IMG/VR virus record: IMGVR_UViG_3300017737_000069
Coordinates: 1 to 27,125 of that record
Reading direction: 5' to 3' (one strand)
DNA from: a virus
Lineage: Duplodnaviria > Caudoviricetes
DNA length: 27,125 bases
Both the position numbers and the translations under genes were made by a program. Below the pieces are notes generated by a model, which did not search any database, had not been told where the DNA came from, and saw only the letters and a program-made list of their open reading frames with translations. Below, piece after piece: positions 17,601 to 27,084 of the stretch (the first letter of the stretch is position 1; each line of letters begins with the position of its first letter).

Positions 17601-20600
17601 TGCTGCCCACATACGTATCTGTTCTTCACCAACAACTCTTGCAGTCCACGCACCTCTAATAAGAATGAATGGCTTCCATGCTTTGTTCATGTAGCTATCT
17701 CCTAGTAAAGATAACCAACCTTGTGTTAACTCTCTAACGCTTTCTTCGTCTTTACTTAACTTAAACTTTTTTCTAGATGTTTTAACCATAAGTTTTGCAT
17801 GTTGAAATATTGTTTTGTCGTCTGCCATTTGTAAGTCATACAACTCTTTTACTGGTTTAGATAAAAATTCTTCAAACTCACTTACTACAAATTCTCTATT
17901 GTCTCCTATGTTTGCTCCTTTAACACCTTTTACTTCGTCAATAGGTACATTTAAAAACTCATCCATTCCTTTTAATAGTTCATCTATATTTCCTAAAGTA
18001 CCAATACCTGATTCAGCGTCTACCATAACAAAGTCTTCAAAATCATCTAGATTTATAAAATCAATTTGTTCTGCAAAATTATTTAATTGTTTTCTAGTAA
18101 GTGGGTCAGCATCTGTGAAACCTAATTTTTCTAACTCTTTGCCTAATAAAGTAGAAATAACAGAATGAGTTTGACCTTCAACTTGATACTGCTTAGCATC
18201 TAATTCTACTTTTTCTAGAGCTTTTCTTAATTGTGTTTTACTTAATACTTTTTTTATAGAACCGTTTCTTGGTTTAACAACACCTGGAACTAATCTTGCC
18301 CAGAACTCTCTAGCTGGTGCATATACTCTTAAAAATAATCTTGCATCTGGAAGTGGTAAAGAACCTGAAGATAAATACTCTGATATCAAATGTGCTGTAG
18401 GTCTACCTACGACAGCCTCTACTTCATTGAAGTTAGCTTTCTTCATAAGCTGTCCTGTTACTTCTTCTAAAAACTCTGCATCATCTGTAAGGTTTTCAAA
18501 GTAATTAAGTACTTGGTTAGGAGATACCTTTGCATTTTTATAAACTTTAAATCCAGATTTAGTATCAAACGCATCTTCTTTTTGCACAAACAATGTTTTA
18601 AGTAGAGGATTCATTGCTTCAGAATCTGTAAATGTTCTAGGTCCTGCTACGTTTACAATTGGATATTTCTTTATTAGAGCTTGTACTTTTTGTATATCTG
18701 CAAATGTTAATTCTTCTGCAGCATCAATAACAACTATAGGTTTATTACCTTTTACATTAGACCCACGTATAAGACTAGGTTTACCAGATGACCACTTACT
18801 GCTAGTAGCATAGTTAATTGTACCTATAGACCCTTTACCTAATGGTGCTGACTTACTGTTATAAACTACTACAGTCATATCTGCATCATCTACATTCTTT
18901 TTAGCTCTATTAACATAGTATTTACCAGGCAAAGGTTTTGTTGAATAATCATTATTCTGAAGTTTTACTTTTTCTTTTTGTAAGTTATCTAACTGTTTAA
19001 CAACAGAATCATCATTAATCTCTGAGAGTCTTTGTGACTCATTAGCATTTAGTTTTTGTAATTTCTTATTTAATGCATCACGTTCTTTAGCTAATGCTTT
19101 TAGTTCTTTTTGATATCCAATCATGTCAAAGTCTTCATAATCTAAATTTTGTATTATTTTATTATCTTCATTTCTTATTTCTCTTTTAAGACCTCTAGCG
19201 TATCTTAAGATTCTTGTCTGTGCATCAAAGTTAAATTCATTAATAACAATATCTTTTTGTGTTGTAGGTAATTGCACAGAAGTTTCTTTAATTCTTTTAC
19301 CTGCTTGTGTAACTCCCCTTGTAGTTTTTCCTTGTAACTGTACTCTTAATTTTTGTAAGCTATTTTCTACATTTATAGCATTACGTATTTTTACAAGAAT
19401 TTGTTCCTCTGTAGCTACAGGACTTATCTGTGCATTTTTAATACCTTTGTCTATACCTGTGACTCTATATTCAGCAACCTTCTTTTGTTCTTTAATTTGA
19501 GTAAGAAGTTTTCTTGCAGTAACCTTTGAATTATTTTTAAACATAGCTGCTTTTTCTTTTGCTTCTATTTGTTTATCTATAAAGTCAACCTGTCTTGCAG
19601 AGTCATCAGTTAAACCAAATTCATTTAACTTACCAGCGTCTTTATCAAATCTACCTGCATCTTCTGCAGCAACGTGATTAAAACCAGGAGTACCAGTACC
19701 ACCAGTTTCTATATCTAATTCTTTTGCAATCTTTAATGCTTCTTGTTCTGAACCTGCACCACCACCTGTAATAATCTTTCATGGTAGTATCAGTCCCTCT
19801 GCTAAGTCAGTAGGTACTCTTGCTGCTGATTCAGCATTTGCTAAGAAATCTTGTTTTAGGTCTTCAAACTTTCTAATTGTTTTAGTCTTTTTAAAACTTG
19901 TGTTTGTAAGTATGGTGTCAAGCAAATCTATAGTCTCAGCCATATTGAACTCTATGCTATCTAAAGAGTTGAGACCTTTGTCCATAATGTCAAGTTTTTG
20001 TAAGTTCCATGCTTCTTCTCCATATGTACCATAAAAGTATTTGTTAGCTTCATCTATGCTTGCAGTAAACTTACCTATTTGATTTACAACTTCTCTAGGC
20101 AAACCTAATGCACCAAATTTTTCTTGTATGTGCCTAAGTACACCAGTTTCTCCTGAATAGATATCTAACATCATATTTAGTTTTTGTAATGATGCTGGCA
20201 TACCTTCTAGTTGTTTAAGAGTTTCATCTTCCATAGCATCTGCTACTCTGTCTAATGCTTTAGTTGCAACATCATCATCAACCTTTGCGAATTTCATAAA
20301 TCCTTTTAGTTGAAAAAATGTTTCATTCAAATCATCAGTATTAATCTTTGGTGCTGGAAACTCTGAAAACAATCTACTGAATATGTTATTACTACCATTG
20401 AGTTTCATATTTGTTCTTAAACCTACTGCTGCTTGTTTATCTCCGTACATAAACTTAGCTGCTGTTTTAGATAGACTTCCTTTAAATAACAATGAGTTAG
20501 GGTCTAATCTTTGGGACACATTAGTCAAAGGGTCTTCTACAGCATTTATAAGAATATTCTTTATTGCGTCTTTATCATTAGTGTCTCTTAATCTTTTATA

Positions 20601-21716
20601 TAATCTTGCACCACCTGCAGATTTTTCTGTAGCTAACTTACCTTGCCTACCTAGAAGTATCTCTACTTCATCATAAGTTTTAGCATCAGCAAACAGTTGA
20701 GCTATGTCATCTCCTGTTTTACTTTCTAAGAAATATTGTTTAGCTGTAGGTACTTTAACTGTTTTTCTAACAACTTTATCTAAAAGTCCTGCGTCTGCTT
20801 TTGCTGCAGTTTGATTAAAACTCTTAGCTGCTTTACCAGCTTTAGCAAATCCCATACCTGCATAGTTAGCTGGGTCAGTAAACACTGTGTACGCTGCATC
20901 AATAATACCTGACATAAGATTGAAACTTCTTGTACCTGGCTCAAAGACTTCTACTGCTGCAACTCTACCTGGAGATAGTTTAACTACACCTTTTCTACCT
21001 CTGTATGTTCCTGAGTTACCTTCTCTAGATGACATCTCTTGTTGTGAGATAGGTGTGCCGTAATACTCTTGAATGATTTGTTTTACTTGGTCAGGGTTAG
21101 CACCTCTACCAACAAGTTCTTTATATATATCTGTTTCTTCTGCAACTGTAGAATTACCAAAGTAACCCTCTCCTAAGTTAACTCGCTTACCTTCACGGAT
21201 TTGATTTATAGCTCTAGTTGCAAGAGTAGGACCTTGGTCTTTAAAAGATTGTGCTATTTCATCTCTACCTTCTGGGTCAAGTAAAGGCATTAATGTTCCT
21301 ATACCTGAGAAAGCTGCTAAAGGATTAATCTGTCTTTTACCATAATATTTCATGGTTGCAGTTCCATACTTCTTAACAAACTGTGATGCAGACTCCATAC
21401 CAACAACTGCAGACCTAACTACACCTCTTGTTGCTGCTTTTGTTGATTCCCACCATGAAGATTCTTTCTCCATAAATCTTTCAACAATAGCTGTAAACTC
21501 TGGGGAGTCAGCTGTAAGTCCACTTAATGCACCTGCTACTTGTACGTCTTTAGGTAAGTAACCAAATCTTCTAGATATCTCAGCCATGTTTTGTGGTATA
21601 GCTGGATTGTTAGCAAAGAAATTATTAAGTTGTTCTGATTGTGCTAAAGACTCATTTCTAAAGTCTTCATCTTGCCCATCTTCCCAAGGAGCAGAGAAGT
21701 TCCACTGCCATGCCAT
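14655..21716 (-). CDS. Giant internal virion / polyvalent-type protein (2353 codons before the TAA) interrupted by one in-frame TGA at 19779-19781
   Basis: Both track ORFs are in one frame; the 78 codons 19778..19545 are open; 645+1+78+1629=2353. The 645-aa and 1629-aa parts are each clearly coding; their fusion is inferred. Confidence 0.7.
18630..19778 (-). other. cpYpsA-like (MoCo-carrier-like) SLOG domain, split by an insertion
   Basis: N-half KIITGGGAGSEQEALKIAKELDIETGG..FGLTDDS; C-half YVNRAKKNVDDADMTVV..GSIGTINYA..KPIVVI..IVNVAGPR. Recalled consensus: KIISGGQTG.D..AL..A...G..TGG..YGL.E..Y..RT..NV..SD.T...G...T...KP...LNVAG.R. Confidence 0.75.
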
Positions 21717-21717
21717 G

Positions 21718-22080
21718 TTAAGTTACCTCTGGTGCTGCTGATTCATCATCCATCAAAGCTATAATATCTTTACTTTGTATGAACTGATACATTCTCCTCA
21801 ATGCCATATTTGCATCTACCTGTGGTAAACCACTCGCTGTTTTGTATTGACTTGTAGCTACATCTTCTCCAGGACTATTTGTAGGTGTATAAATACCTTG
21901 TTGTGAGTTTAAAAAGTTTTGTGTTGCAGGAGCTTGTACTCTAGGTACACCTTGTGTCTCAGCAACCTCTTCTTTAAACATTTCTGCACTATCTTGCAAG
22001 TTATCTAGTTCTACACCTTGTCCATAAGATTCTGATTCATATACAGCTTTATTTGTTTTAGGATTAAATCGCGCCATCAT
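21718..22080 (-). CDS. Hypothetical protein downstream of portal
   Basis: Start probably ATG 22080 or 22077 (GGAG just upstream); contains YGQGVEL motif. Confidence 0.65.
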   Translation of the reverse strand: MMARFNPKTNKAVYESESYGQGVELDNLQDSAEMFKEEVAETQGVPRVQAPATQNFLNSQQGIYTPTNSPGEDVATSQYKTASGLPQVDANMALRRMYQFIQSKDIIALMDDESAAPEVT

Positions 22081-22300
22081 CAACTCCAAATCCATCTCCG
22101 TATTTAAAGTTTTCTGGAACAATAAGTATATCTATTCTTCCTAAGTTTGGTATATAAGCAACAGTTAAGATATCAATAATATCTTGACTCTCTTCTTCTT
22201 GTAAAGCCTCTGAAGTCATTTCCCACATAGGTTGTTCTTCTACGGTGTAGTTCGCTGCTACTATCTTTGCAAATTCTAAATTGGTAGGGTTATCCGCCAA
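22064..22300 (-). CDS. Hypothetical acidic 78-aa protein
   Basis: TTG start with AGGAGG upstream; overlaps the portal stop. Confidence 0.6.
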   Translation of the reverse strand: MADNPTNLEFAKIVAANYTVEEQPMWEMTSEALQEEESQDIIDILTVAYIPNLGRIDILIVPENFKYGDGFGVDDGAI

Positions 22301-24011
22301 TTGCTCCTCCTAACAAAGCTGCTAAATTTGGTGGACCTGATTGTTGTGGTACACCCTGTTGTTGTAAGACAGCTTGTTCTTCAGGAGTAGGTTCTTCACC
22401 TTGTGCTGTAAAGTACTTCTCTAGAATAATACCAATATCTTTTGGATTATTGTATATCTCTACAACAGCCATCATTGCAGCTTTATCTCCTGATTGAGAT
22501 TGCTGTAACAAAGTCTGATATAAGATATCTTCTGTCTTTTCTTTTACTATGCGTTCATTAATTTGAGTAAGGTTTTCTAAACCGTCCATCTCTTGTTGGA
22601 AAGTTTCCTTGTCAATTATTCCTGCTTGTAAAAGTTGTAGCCCAGTAATTATTTTATTAGGGGCATCAAATGAAGCCATAGCTCCAAACTTACGTTGTGT
22701 TGTGTAATTCTTATTTATGTCAGTACCAGGAGTATATTCTTCAGAGAATGATGCACCTTTGTATGTACCACTTATAGGTTTTCTTTGTTTACTAAATAAC
22801 GCTTCGTCTAATTCTAATCTTTTGCTATCTACTTCTTGTAAAGCATGTTCAATTATGGTGTGGTACTCAGTGACCATAGCACCAACGCCAGATTCCAGTT
22901 CTTCCAGACCTCTACCAGTTACAAATGAGTTGGGTGATATAGAGTCGTCTTGAACTGGATACCCAGCAACAACACGTAATTGTCTTTCTAATCTACCTAC
23001 AGCTTCAAATAGCTGATACGGTAAGTTAGTAACAGGTTTTATAACTTGTGAACCTGGTGACAAATAGTTAATTGAGTTTCTACCTTTTCTGTACTGTCCT
23101 GATTCTATTTCTCCAACCACGTTTGTTTCTGTAAAGACTGCGTCTTCCATAGCTATAACAGACAAAATGTTTATCTTAGCCATAGATGACATCAAACCTA
23201 CTACTTGGTCAAACTGTCCTTGTAGCTTGTCAAAAGAATATCTTTTAGCTACAACGAAAGATGGACCAGATTTAAGTGGGTTAGGTACAAAGTCTATAAT
23301 TTTTCTAGAAGCCATATGTAAAACATAAGTTCCTTCTACATTCATGTATTCAAGTATTACGTCTCCTGTTTCAGCATTGTTTTCCCAAGAGGTATCAGAA
23401 CCCATGTTAAGGTACGAATCTCTTACTTCTTCATTTTGTGATTCAAACCATGCTTTAAGTTCTGGGTACATTTGTAACAACTGCTTGATAGGTACTTTCT
23501 GTACTATGGCTAGTTCGTCTGGAGATTGGTTATTACCCATATATCCAGGGAAACAATCGTAAGGATTTCTAAGTTCTGCATATGGATAGATATTTCCTTC
23601 ACCATCTGTTTTAGTAGTGATAACCCATACTGCAAATCCATAACCAGGTAGCCATCTAGCTACTTGTGGTAATTGCATTTTTAATCCTTGCATCTTATCG
23701 TAAGATGTAATAATTCTCTCTAACTTATCTTTTTTGATTTTGTTTCTTTGAGAATCTCTAGCATTGGTAATAGAAACATCTAATGACGGCACTTTACCTA
23801 TTTTTTGTGCAAGTCTATCTAATGCAGATAACATTAAGTTAGGAGCTGGTAACGTTGCGGAGTCTAACGAATCCATTCCTGGACCTAGTAATTGTCGTAT
23901 ACCATCTTCACCACCATTAAGTATTGCACGGAATCTCGCTCTATCAATTAAAGCATTATCGTGTGACTTCTTTAAGAACGTAGCTCTGTCTATAATCTGG
24001 TCTGGTGTCAA
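22290..24011 (-). CDS. Portal protein
   Basis: 573 aa directly after terminase; TTG start with GGAG upstream; helical, Gln/Pro-rich C-terminal tail. Confidence 0.8.
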   Translation of the reverse strand: MTPDQIIDRATFLKKSHDNALIDRARFRAILNGGEDGIRQLLGPGMDSLDSATLPAPNLMLSALDRLAQKIGKVPSLDVSITNARDSQRNKIKKDKLERIITSYDKMQGLKMQLPQVARWLPGYGFAVWVITTKTDGEGNIYPYAELRNPYDCFPGYMGNNQSPDELAIVQKVPIKQLLQMYPELKAWFESQNEEVRDSYLNMGSDTSWENNAETGDVILEYMNVEGTYVLHMASRKIIDFVPNPLKSGPSFVVAKRYSFDKLQGQFDQVVGLMSSMAKINILSVIAMEDAVFTETNVVGEIESGQYRKGRNSINYLSPGSQVIKPVTNLPYQLFEAVGRLERQLRVVAGYPVQDDSISPNSFVTGRGLEELESGVGAMVTEYHTIIEHALQEVDSKRLELDEALFSKQRKPISGTYKGASFSEEYTPGTDINKNYTTQRKFGAMASFDAPNKIITGLQLLQAGIIDKETFQQEMDGLENLTQINERIVKEKTEDILYQTLLQQSQSGDKAAMMAVVEIYNNPKDIGIILEKYFTAQGEEPTPEEQAVLQQQGVPQQSGPPNLAALLGGAIGG

Positions 24012-24012
24012 T

Positions 24013-25920
24013 TTAACTCCATGGTATATCGTTTAAGTCTAGCATACTATATCCTTCATAACTAGGAGTGTAGTCTAAACCTATTTCCGCGTAGGTTAAC
24101 TTCTGCAAGTTCCTGATTACTTTCATGGGAAACCAACTTGCCATAACTATATCACTTTTATACGAGTTTTTATTGCCTTTTGAAGCAAAATAACTTAATT
24201 GTTTGGTATAGGTAATACTCTTAGTTTGAGCGTCAATACTAGAAAAAGGTAGTTTAATATTCTTTTCTTGAAACATAGGAGCTAGTGCTGTAACACCAAA
24301 TCTTTCATCCCATTTATTCTTATGTGTTTCGTGTCCCTCTAACTTTATACCGTGTAAGTTTGCGTACTCTCTAGTCTTTTCATCTTGCCTAATAGCTTTT
24401 TGGAAACCATTTTCTTCTATAACCCAGTGATAACAGTTGTATTGTTCAAACCATTTCTTTATTAAAGCTCTAGCTTCTTCTAAACCACCACCTTGATGAT
24501 TCTCCATATCTACCATAGTTAACTTAATTTCTGAGTTAGTAGCTTCAACAGCCCAGAGAAAACCAGCTTGATAACCTGTAGCAGCAGGGTCTAATCCTGC
24601 AACTAGGTATGCACCATCTGGTATCTGTCCTATATCCCAATTCGGGTCATAACATAATTTTATTACTTCAGGATTAAATAAAGATAAGCCTTGTGCTTGT
24701 GCTTTATTTAGATATACCATTTCAAATCTTGCTAAGCCACCTGTTGTTTGTGCATCACGTTTTCTATCCATAAGCCATTTAAACGTACGTTTATCAGCCC
24801 ATAGCATACATTCTATATGGTCTTTTTCTTCAAACTCTGCTGTAGTACACATTGAATCATGTGCTTCTTCTACTATTGTCTCCCACGCTTCGTTTTCTAA
24901 TAAAGCAGAATATAAATCATCAGGGTGTTGTCTTGAGCCAATTACCACCATTGCTGTATGTTCCTCTTTTCTAGAACCTAATGTGGTAGTCCACCAGTTT
25001 TTAGTGTTTCTTCTTGAAGCAGGTTGCATTGTAGATGAGAAGTCTTCAATGTCATCAGCAATAATAATGTCACAGTCTCGTGATAGAATTTTACCACCAC
25101 GTCCAATACCAACCATTGTTGGTGACTTTATACCTGATACTGTTCTAGTAGCTACAGTAAATCCATTTTGTGACCAAGATTTACCAGTTCTTGATGACGG
25201 TTTAAATGTACCGCCTGGTCCACAGAAATCTTCTATAAGTTTTTCGTTAGCATCTAGCGTGTCCATAACAGAAGATATAGCATTTCTAGATATGTCTTCG
25301 TTACCACCAACCCATAATATTCTTATGTTTGGATTTCTACAGATAAGCCAAATAACAAAATGTATAAGAAGTTCTGTTTTACCATGACGTGGAGGACTAA
25401 GTATCATTTGTTGTCCACCTTTAGATAATGCTTTGTTGATTGATGTAATCCAATTATGGTGAAAATCTGCTGTCTCAAACTGTACACCTAGTTCTGTTAA
25501 GAAGTATCTATCTCTAAACTCTTTAAAGTCTTGTAAGGATTGTTGGGCATCTTCTGATACTTCCCAGTTAGATGATTCTACTTGTGTTTGTATATCTTCT
25601 CTATATGCAGCCAACATTCTAGAAATCTGTGCAGTAGAACAACCAAGTGCTTCTGCTGCTTCTTTAGAAGTTATATTCTCGTTTACAACATCTAAAGCAT
25701 AGCTTTGGTCTATAAACTTTTTATATAAACTACCTCTACGTACTGTTGCTGACTTAGGTTGATTTAATTCTTTTACAGGTAACTCGTACTCTTTACCATC
25801 TTTCTTAGCTCTATAAGCTCTTTGTGATTCTCTTTTGTAACACGTCTTAGAACAATATTTAGTAGAGTTCTCTGGTAATGCTTCGTTGCAACCCTCTGAG
25901 ATGCAAACTACATTTACCAT
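24013..25920 (-). CDS. terL: Terminase large subunit with N-terminal Cys4 and HTH extension
   Basis: Walker A SPPRHGKT, Walker B IIIADD, coupling motif IGSR, RNase H-like nuclease AGLDPA..VIEENG..SDIVMA. Confidence 0.93.
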   Translation of the reverse strand: MVNVVCISEGCNEALPENSTKYCSKTCYKRESQRAYRAKKDGKEYELPVKELNQPKSATVRRGSLYKKFIDQSYALDVVNENITSKEAAEALGCSTAQISRMLAAYREDIQTQVESSNWEVSEDAQQSLQDFKEFRDRYFLTELGVQFETADFHHNWITSINKALSKGGQQMILSPPRHGKTELLIHFVIWLICRNPNIRILWVGGNEDISRNAISSVMDTLDANEKLIEDFCGPGGTFKPSSRTGKSWSQNGFTVATRTVSGIKSPTMVGIGRGGKILSRDCDIIIADDIEDFSSTMQPASRRNTKNWWTTTLGSRKEEHTAMVVIGSRQHPDDLYSALLENEAWETIVEEAHDSMCTTAEFEEKDHIECMLWADKRTFKWLMDRKRDAQTTGGLARFEMVYLNKAQAQGLSLFNPEVIKLCYDPNWDIGQIPDGAYLVAGLDPAATGYQAGFLWAVEATNSEIKLTMVDMENHQGGGLEEARALIKKWFEQYNCYHWVIEENGFQKAIRQDEKTREYANLHGIKLEGHETHKNKWDERFGVTALAPMFQEKNIKLPFSSIDAQTKSITYTKQLSYFASKGNKNSYKSDIVMASWFPMKVIRNLQKLTYAEIGLDYTPSYEGYSMLDLNDIPWS

Positions 25921-26180
25921 TTAACTTTATCAGCCCAGTAGGCTGCAGACATTTTTCCTTTTTTGATGTTCTTAGCATGTCTTGCTTTAAAAGACTTTCT
26001 TCTAGCTTTAGATTTAGCATCAGTTTTTTTACCTGCACCAGATACACCTTGTTGACCAAATCTAATAAGTTTGACTTTGTCGCCTTCTTTAGCTAATACA
26101 GCATGTGACTTGCTAGCTTTTGGTGTACGTTTAGGTTTATTGTAACCTGAGAATCTTTCGCCTCTATATACTATAGCCAT
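25914..26180 (-). CDS. Small basic conserved viral protein (88 aa)
   Basis: GYNKPKRTP..KSHAVLAKEGD..KLIRFGQQG..RRKSFKARH..SAAYWA..KW; TAATG coupling. Confidence 0.8.
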   Translation of the reverse strand: MAIVYRGERFSGYNKPKRTPKASKSHAVLAKEGDKVKLIRFGQQGVSGAGKKTDAKSKARRKSFKARHAKNIKKGKMSAAYWADKVKW

Positions 26181-26317
26181 TACTTCTTCTTCTTTGGTCT
26201 TGTTTTATACAAACGTTTACTGTTTTTATTATGTTTAGCACCAGAATGAATTTGTCCATTAGGCATTTTGTGATGTTTGCCTTTGTACTCTTTGCCTGCT
26301 TTTGTATATACTTTCAC
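26180..26317 (-). CDS. 45-aa basic His-containing protein
   Basis: Not in ORF track. GTGA overlap at the start and TAATG overlap at the end; MKVYTKAGKEYKGKHHKMPNGQIHSGAKHNKNSKRLYKTRPKKKK. Confidence 0.75.
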   Translation of the reverse strand: MKVYTKAGKEYKGKHHKMPNGQIHSGAKHNKNSKRLYKTRPKKKK

Positions 26318-26508
26318 TTCTTTTTCCTCACTGCTCTAGACTTCTGTACTTTTTTAAGGTCAATACGTTTACCTTCCTTATAAAGTTTAGCAGTTCTTTT
26401 AATCTCAGATGCTACTTCAGATTTAGAGTTCTTTTTATTCTTTAAATACTTAGAAGGTACACCTTTTTCGTAAGGTACTTTACGTTTACTTTTTTTTCTT
26501 GCTGGCAC
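26314..26508 (-). CDS. 64-aa Lys-rich protein
   Basis: GTG start; GVPSKYL motif; TGA stop overlapping the next GTG. Confidence 0.7.
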   Translation of the reverse strand: MPARKKSKRKVPYEKGVPSKYLKNKKNSKSEVASEIKRTAKLYKEGKRIDLKKVQKSRAVRKKK

Positions 26509-26746
26509 TTTTTTTCTTCTTTATATCATTGTCTTGTGGATGTCCACCTTTAATAAAACTATTTACTCTACCCATAGCCCATGCTTGCATAGATGCAGAT
26601 TTAGAACCTGATGACAAATAAGCACCTTGTCCACGTCTGTAGACTCTAGCTAACTGTCCATATGTGTATTTAGATTTACTAGCTTTATTCTGTAAAGTTT
26701 TCTTTGTACTCGCGTTAATAGGTTTTCTTGCTGGTTTCTTAGCCAT
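26486..26746 (-). CDS. 86-aa basic conserved viral protein (possibly DUF5824-like)
   Basis: LQNKA..YGQLARVYRRGQGAY..SG..AWAMGRVNSFI motif; family name recalled, unverified. Confidence 0.75.
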   Translation of the reverse strand: MAKKPARKPINASTKKTLQNKASKSKYTYGQLARVYRRGQGAYLSSGSKSASMQAWAMGRVNSFIKGGHPQDNDIKKKKSASKKKK

Positions 26747-26964
26747 TACTCTTCCTCACTATTTTTAAGTTGAATCATTGCATGCATGTTTTCATTATAG
26801 TCATCTACAAACGATTCTATCAAAGCATCTACTTTGCTAAGATTAAGTTTTTTATTTACTAATCTGCTGCCACAAGCATCAGATAAATCCATAGCCCATT
26901 CTTTAAGCAGTATATCGCTAGTAAAAATGTTGAGCTTCTTTTTAATTCCACCTTTTTTTCCCAT
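26746..26964 (-). CDS. Hypothetical 72-aa protein
   Basis: Coupled to both neighbours; basic N-terminus, acidic C-terminus. Confidence 0.65.
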   Translation of the reverse strand: MGKKGGIKKKLNIFTSDILLKEWAMDLSDACGSRLVNKKLNLSKVDALIESFVDDYNENMHAMIQLKNSEEE

Positions 26965-26965
26965 C

Positions 26966-27037
26966 TTAGTACATGCCCTTTTTACTCTTCTTCTTGGCTT
27001 TTGTCTTTTTTTTCTTCATCTTTTTTCCGTACATCAT
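26966..27037 (-). CDS. 23-aa Lys-rich micropeptide MMYGKKMKKKKTKAKKKSKKGMY
   Basis: Not in ORF track. SD AGGAG upstream; 12 of 23 residues are Lys; stop 1 nt before the next ATG. Confidence 0.7.
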   Translation of the reverse strand: MMYGKKMKKKKTKAKKKSKKGMY

Positions 27038-27053
27038 ATCTCCTAAGTTTTTT

Positions 27054-27084
27054 ATTATACTCTGTGCAACCTAAGTTCTTGCAA
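27054..27084 (-). promoter_or_regulatory. Candidate sigma70-type promoter for the packaging operon
   Basis: TTGCAA-N19-TATAAT upstream of the SD; perfect -10, but the spacer is longer than optimal. Confidence 0.5.

Noticed and set aside
14655-19544. Virion RNA polymerase within the giant protein
   Set aside because: No DxDGD/DFDID-type or T7/N4-type catalytic motifs recognised by eye; a structure search would be needed to exclude it fully.
18921-19598. Intein or intron as the explanation for the SLOG insertion
   Set aside because: The frame is open, with no Hint block motifs, no terminal His-Asn and no endonuclease motifs.
19740-19781. Selenocysteine insertion at the in-frame TGA
   Set aside because: No convincing SECIS-like hairpin directly downstream (GGUGCAGG lacks a complementary arm), and the position is not a Cys/redox motif.
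19678-19782. 34-aa Trp-rich ORF (MKDYYRWWC...) starting at the ATG that overlaps the TGA
   Set aside because: It is the off-frame shadow of Gly codons; the other frame carries the recognisable SLOG motifs.
609-26316. Genome-wide TGA reassignment (code 4 or 25), suggested by TGA 19779 and by TGA 609 being in frame with the next small ORF
   Set aside because: Only one apparently internal TGA in about 26 kb of coding sequence. TGA 26314 forms a GTGA stop-start overlap. TGA 609 ends a complete oxygenase and is part of a promoter motif.
5288-27046. Other plus-strand ORFs in the track, and nested minus-strand ORFs 3033..3266 and 25859..26059
   Set aside because: All overlap well-supported minus-strand genes and show no recognisable motifs.
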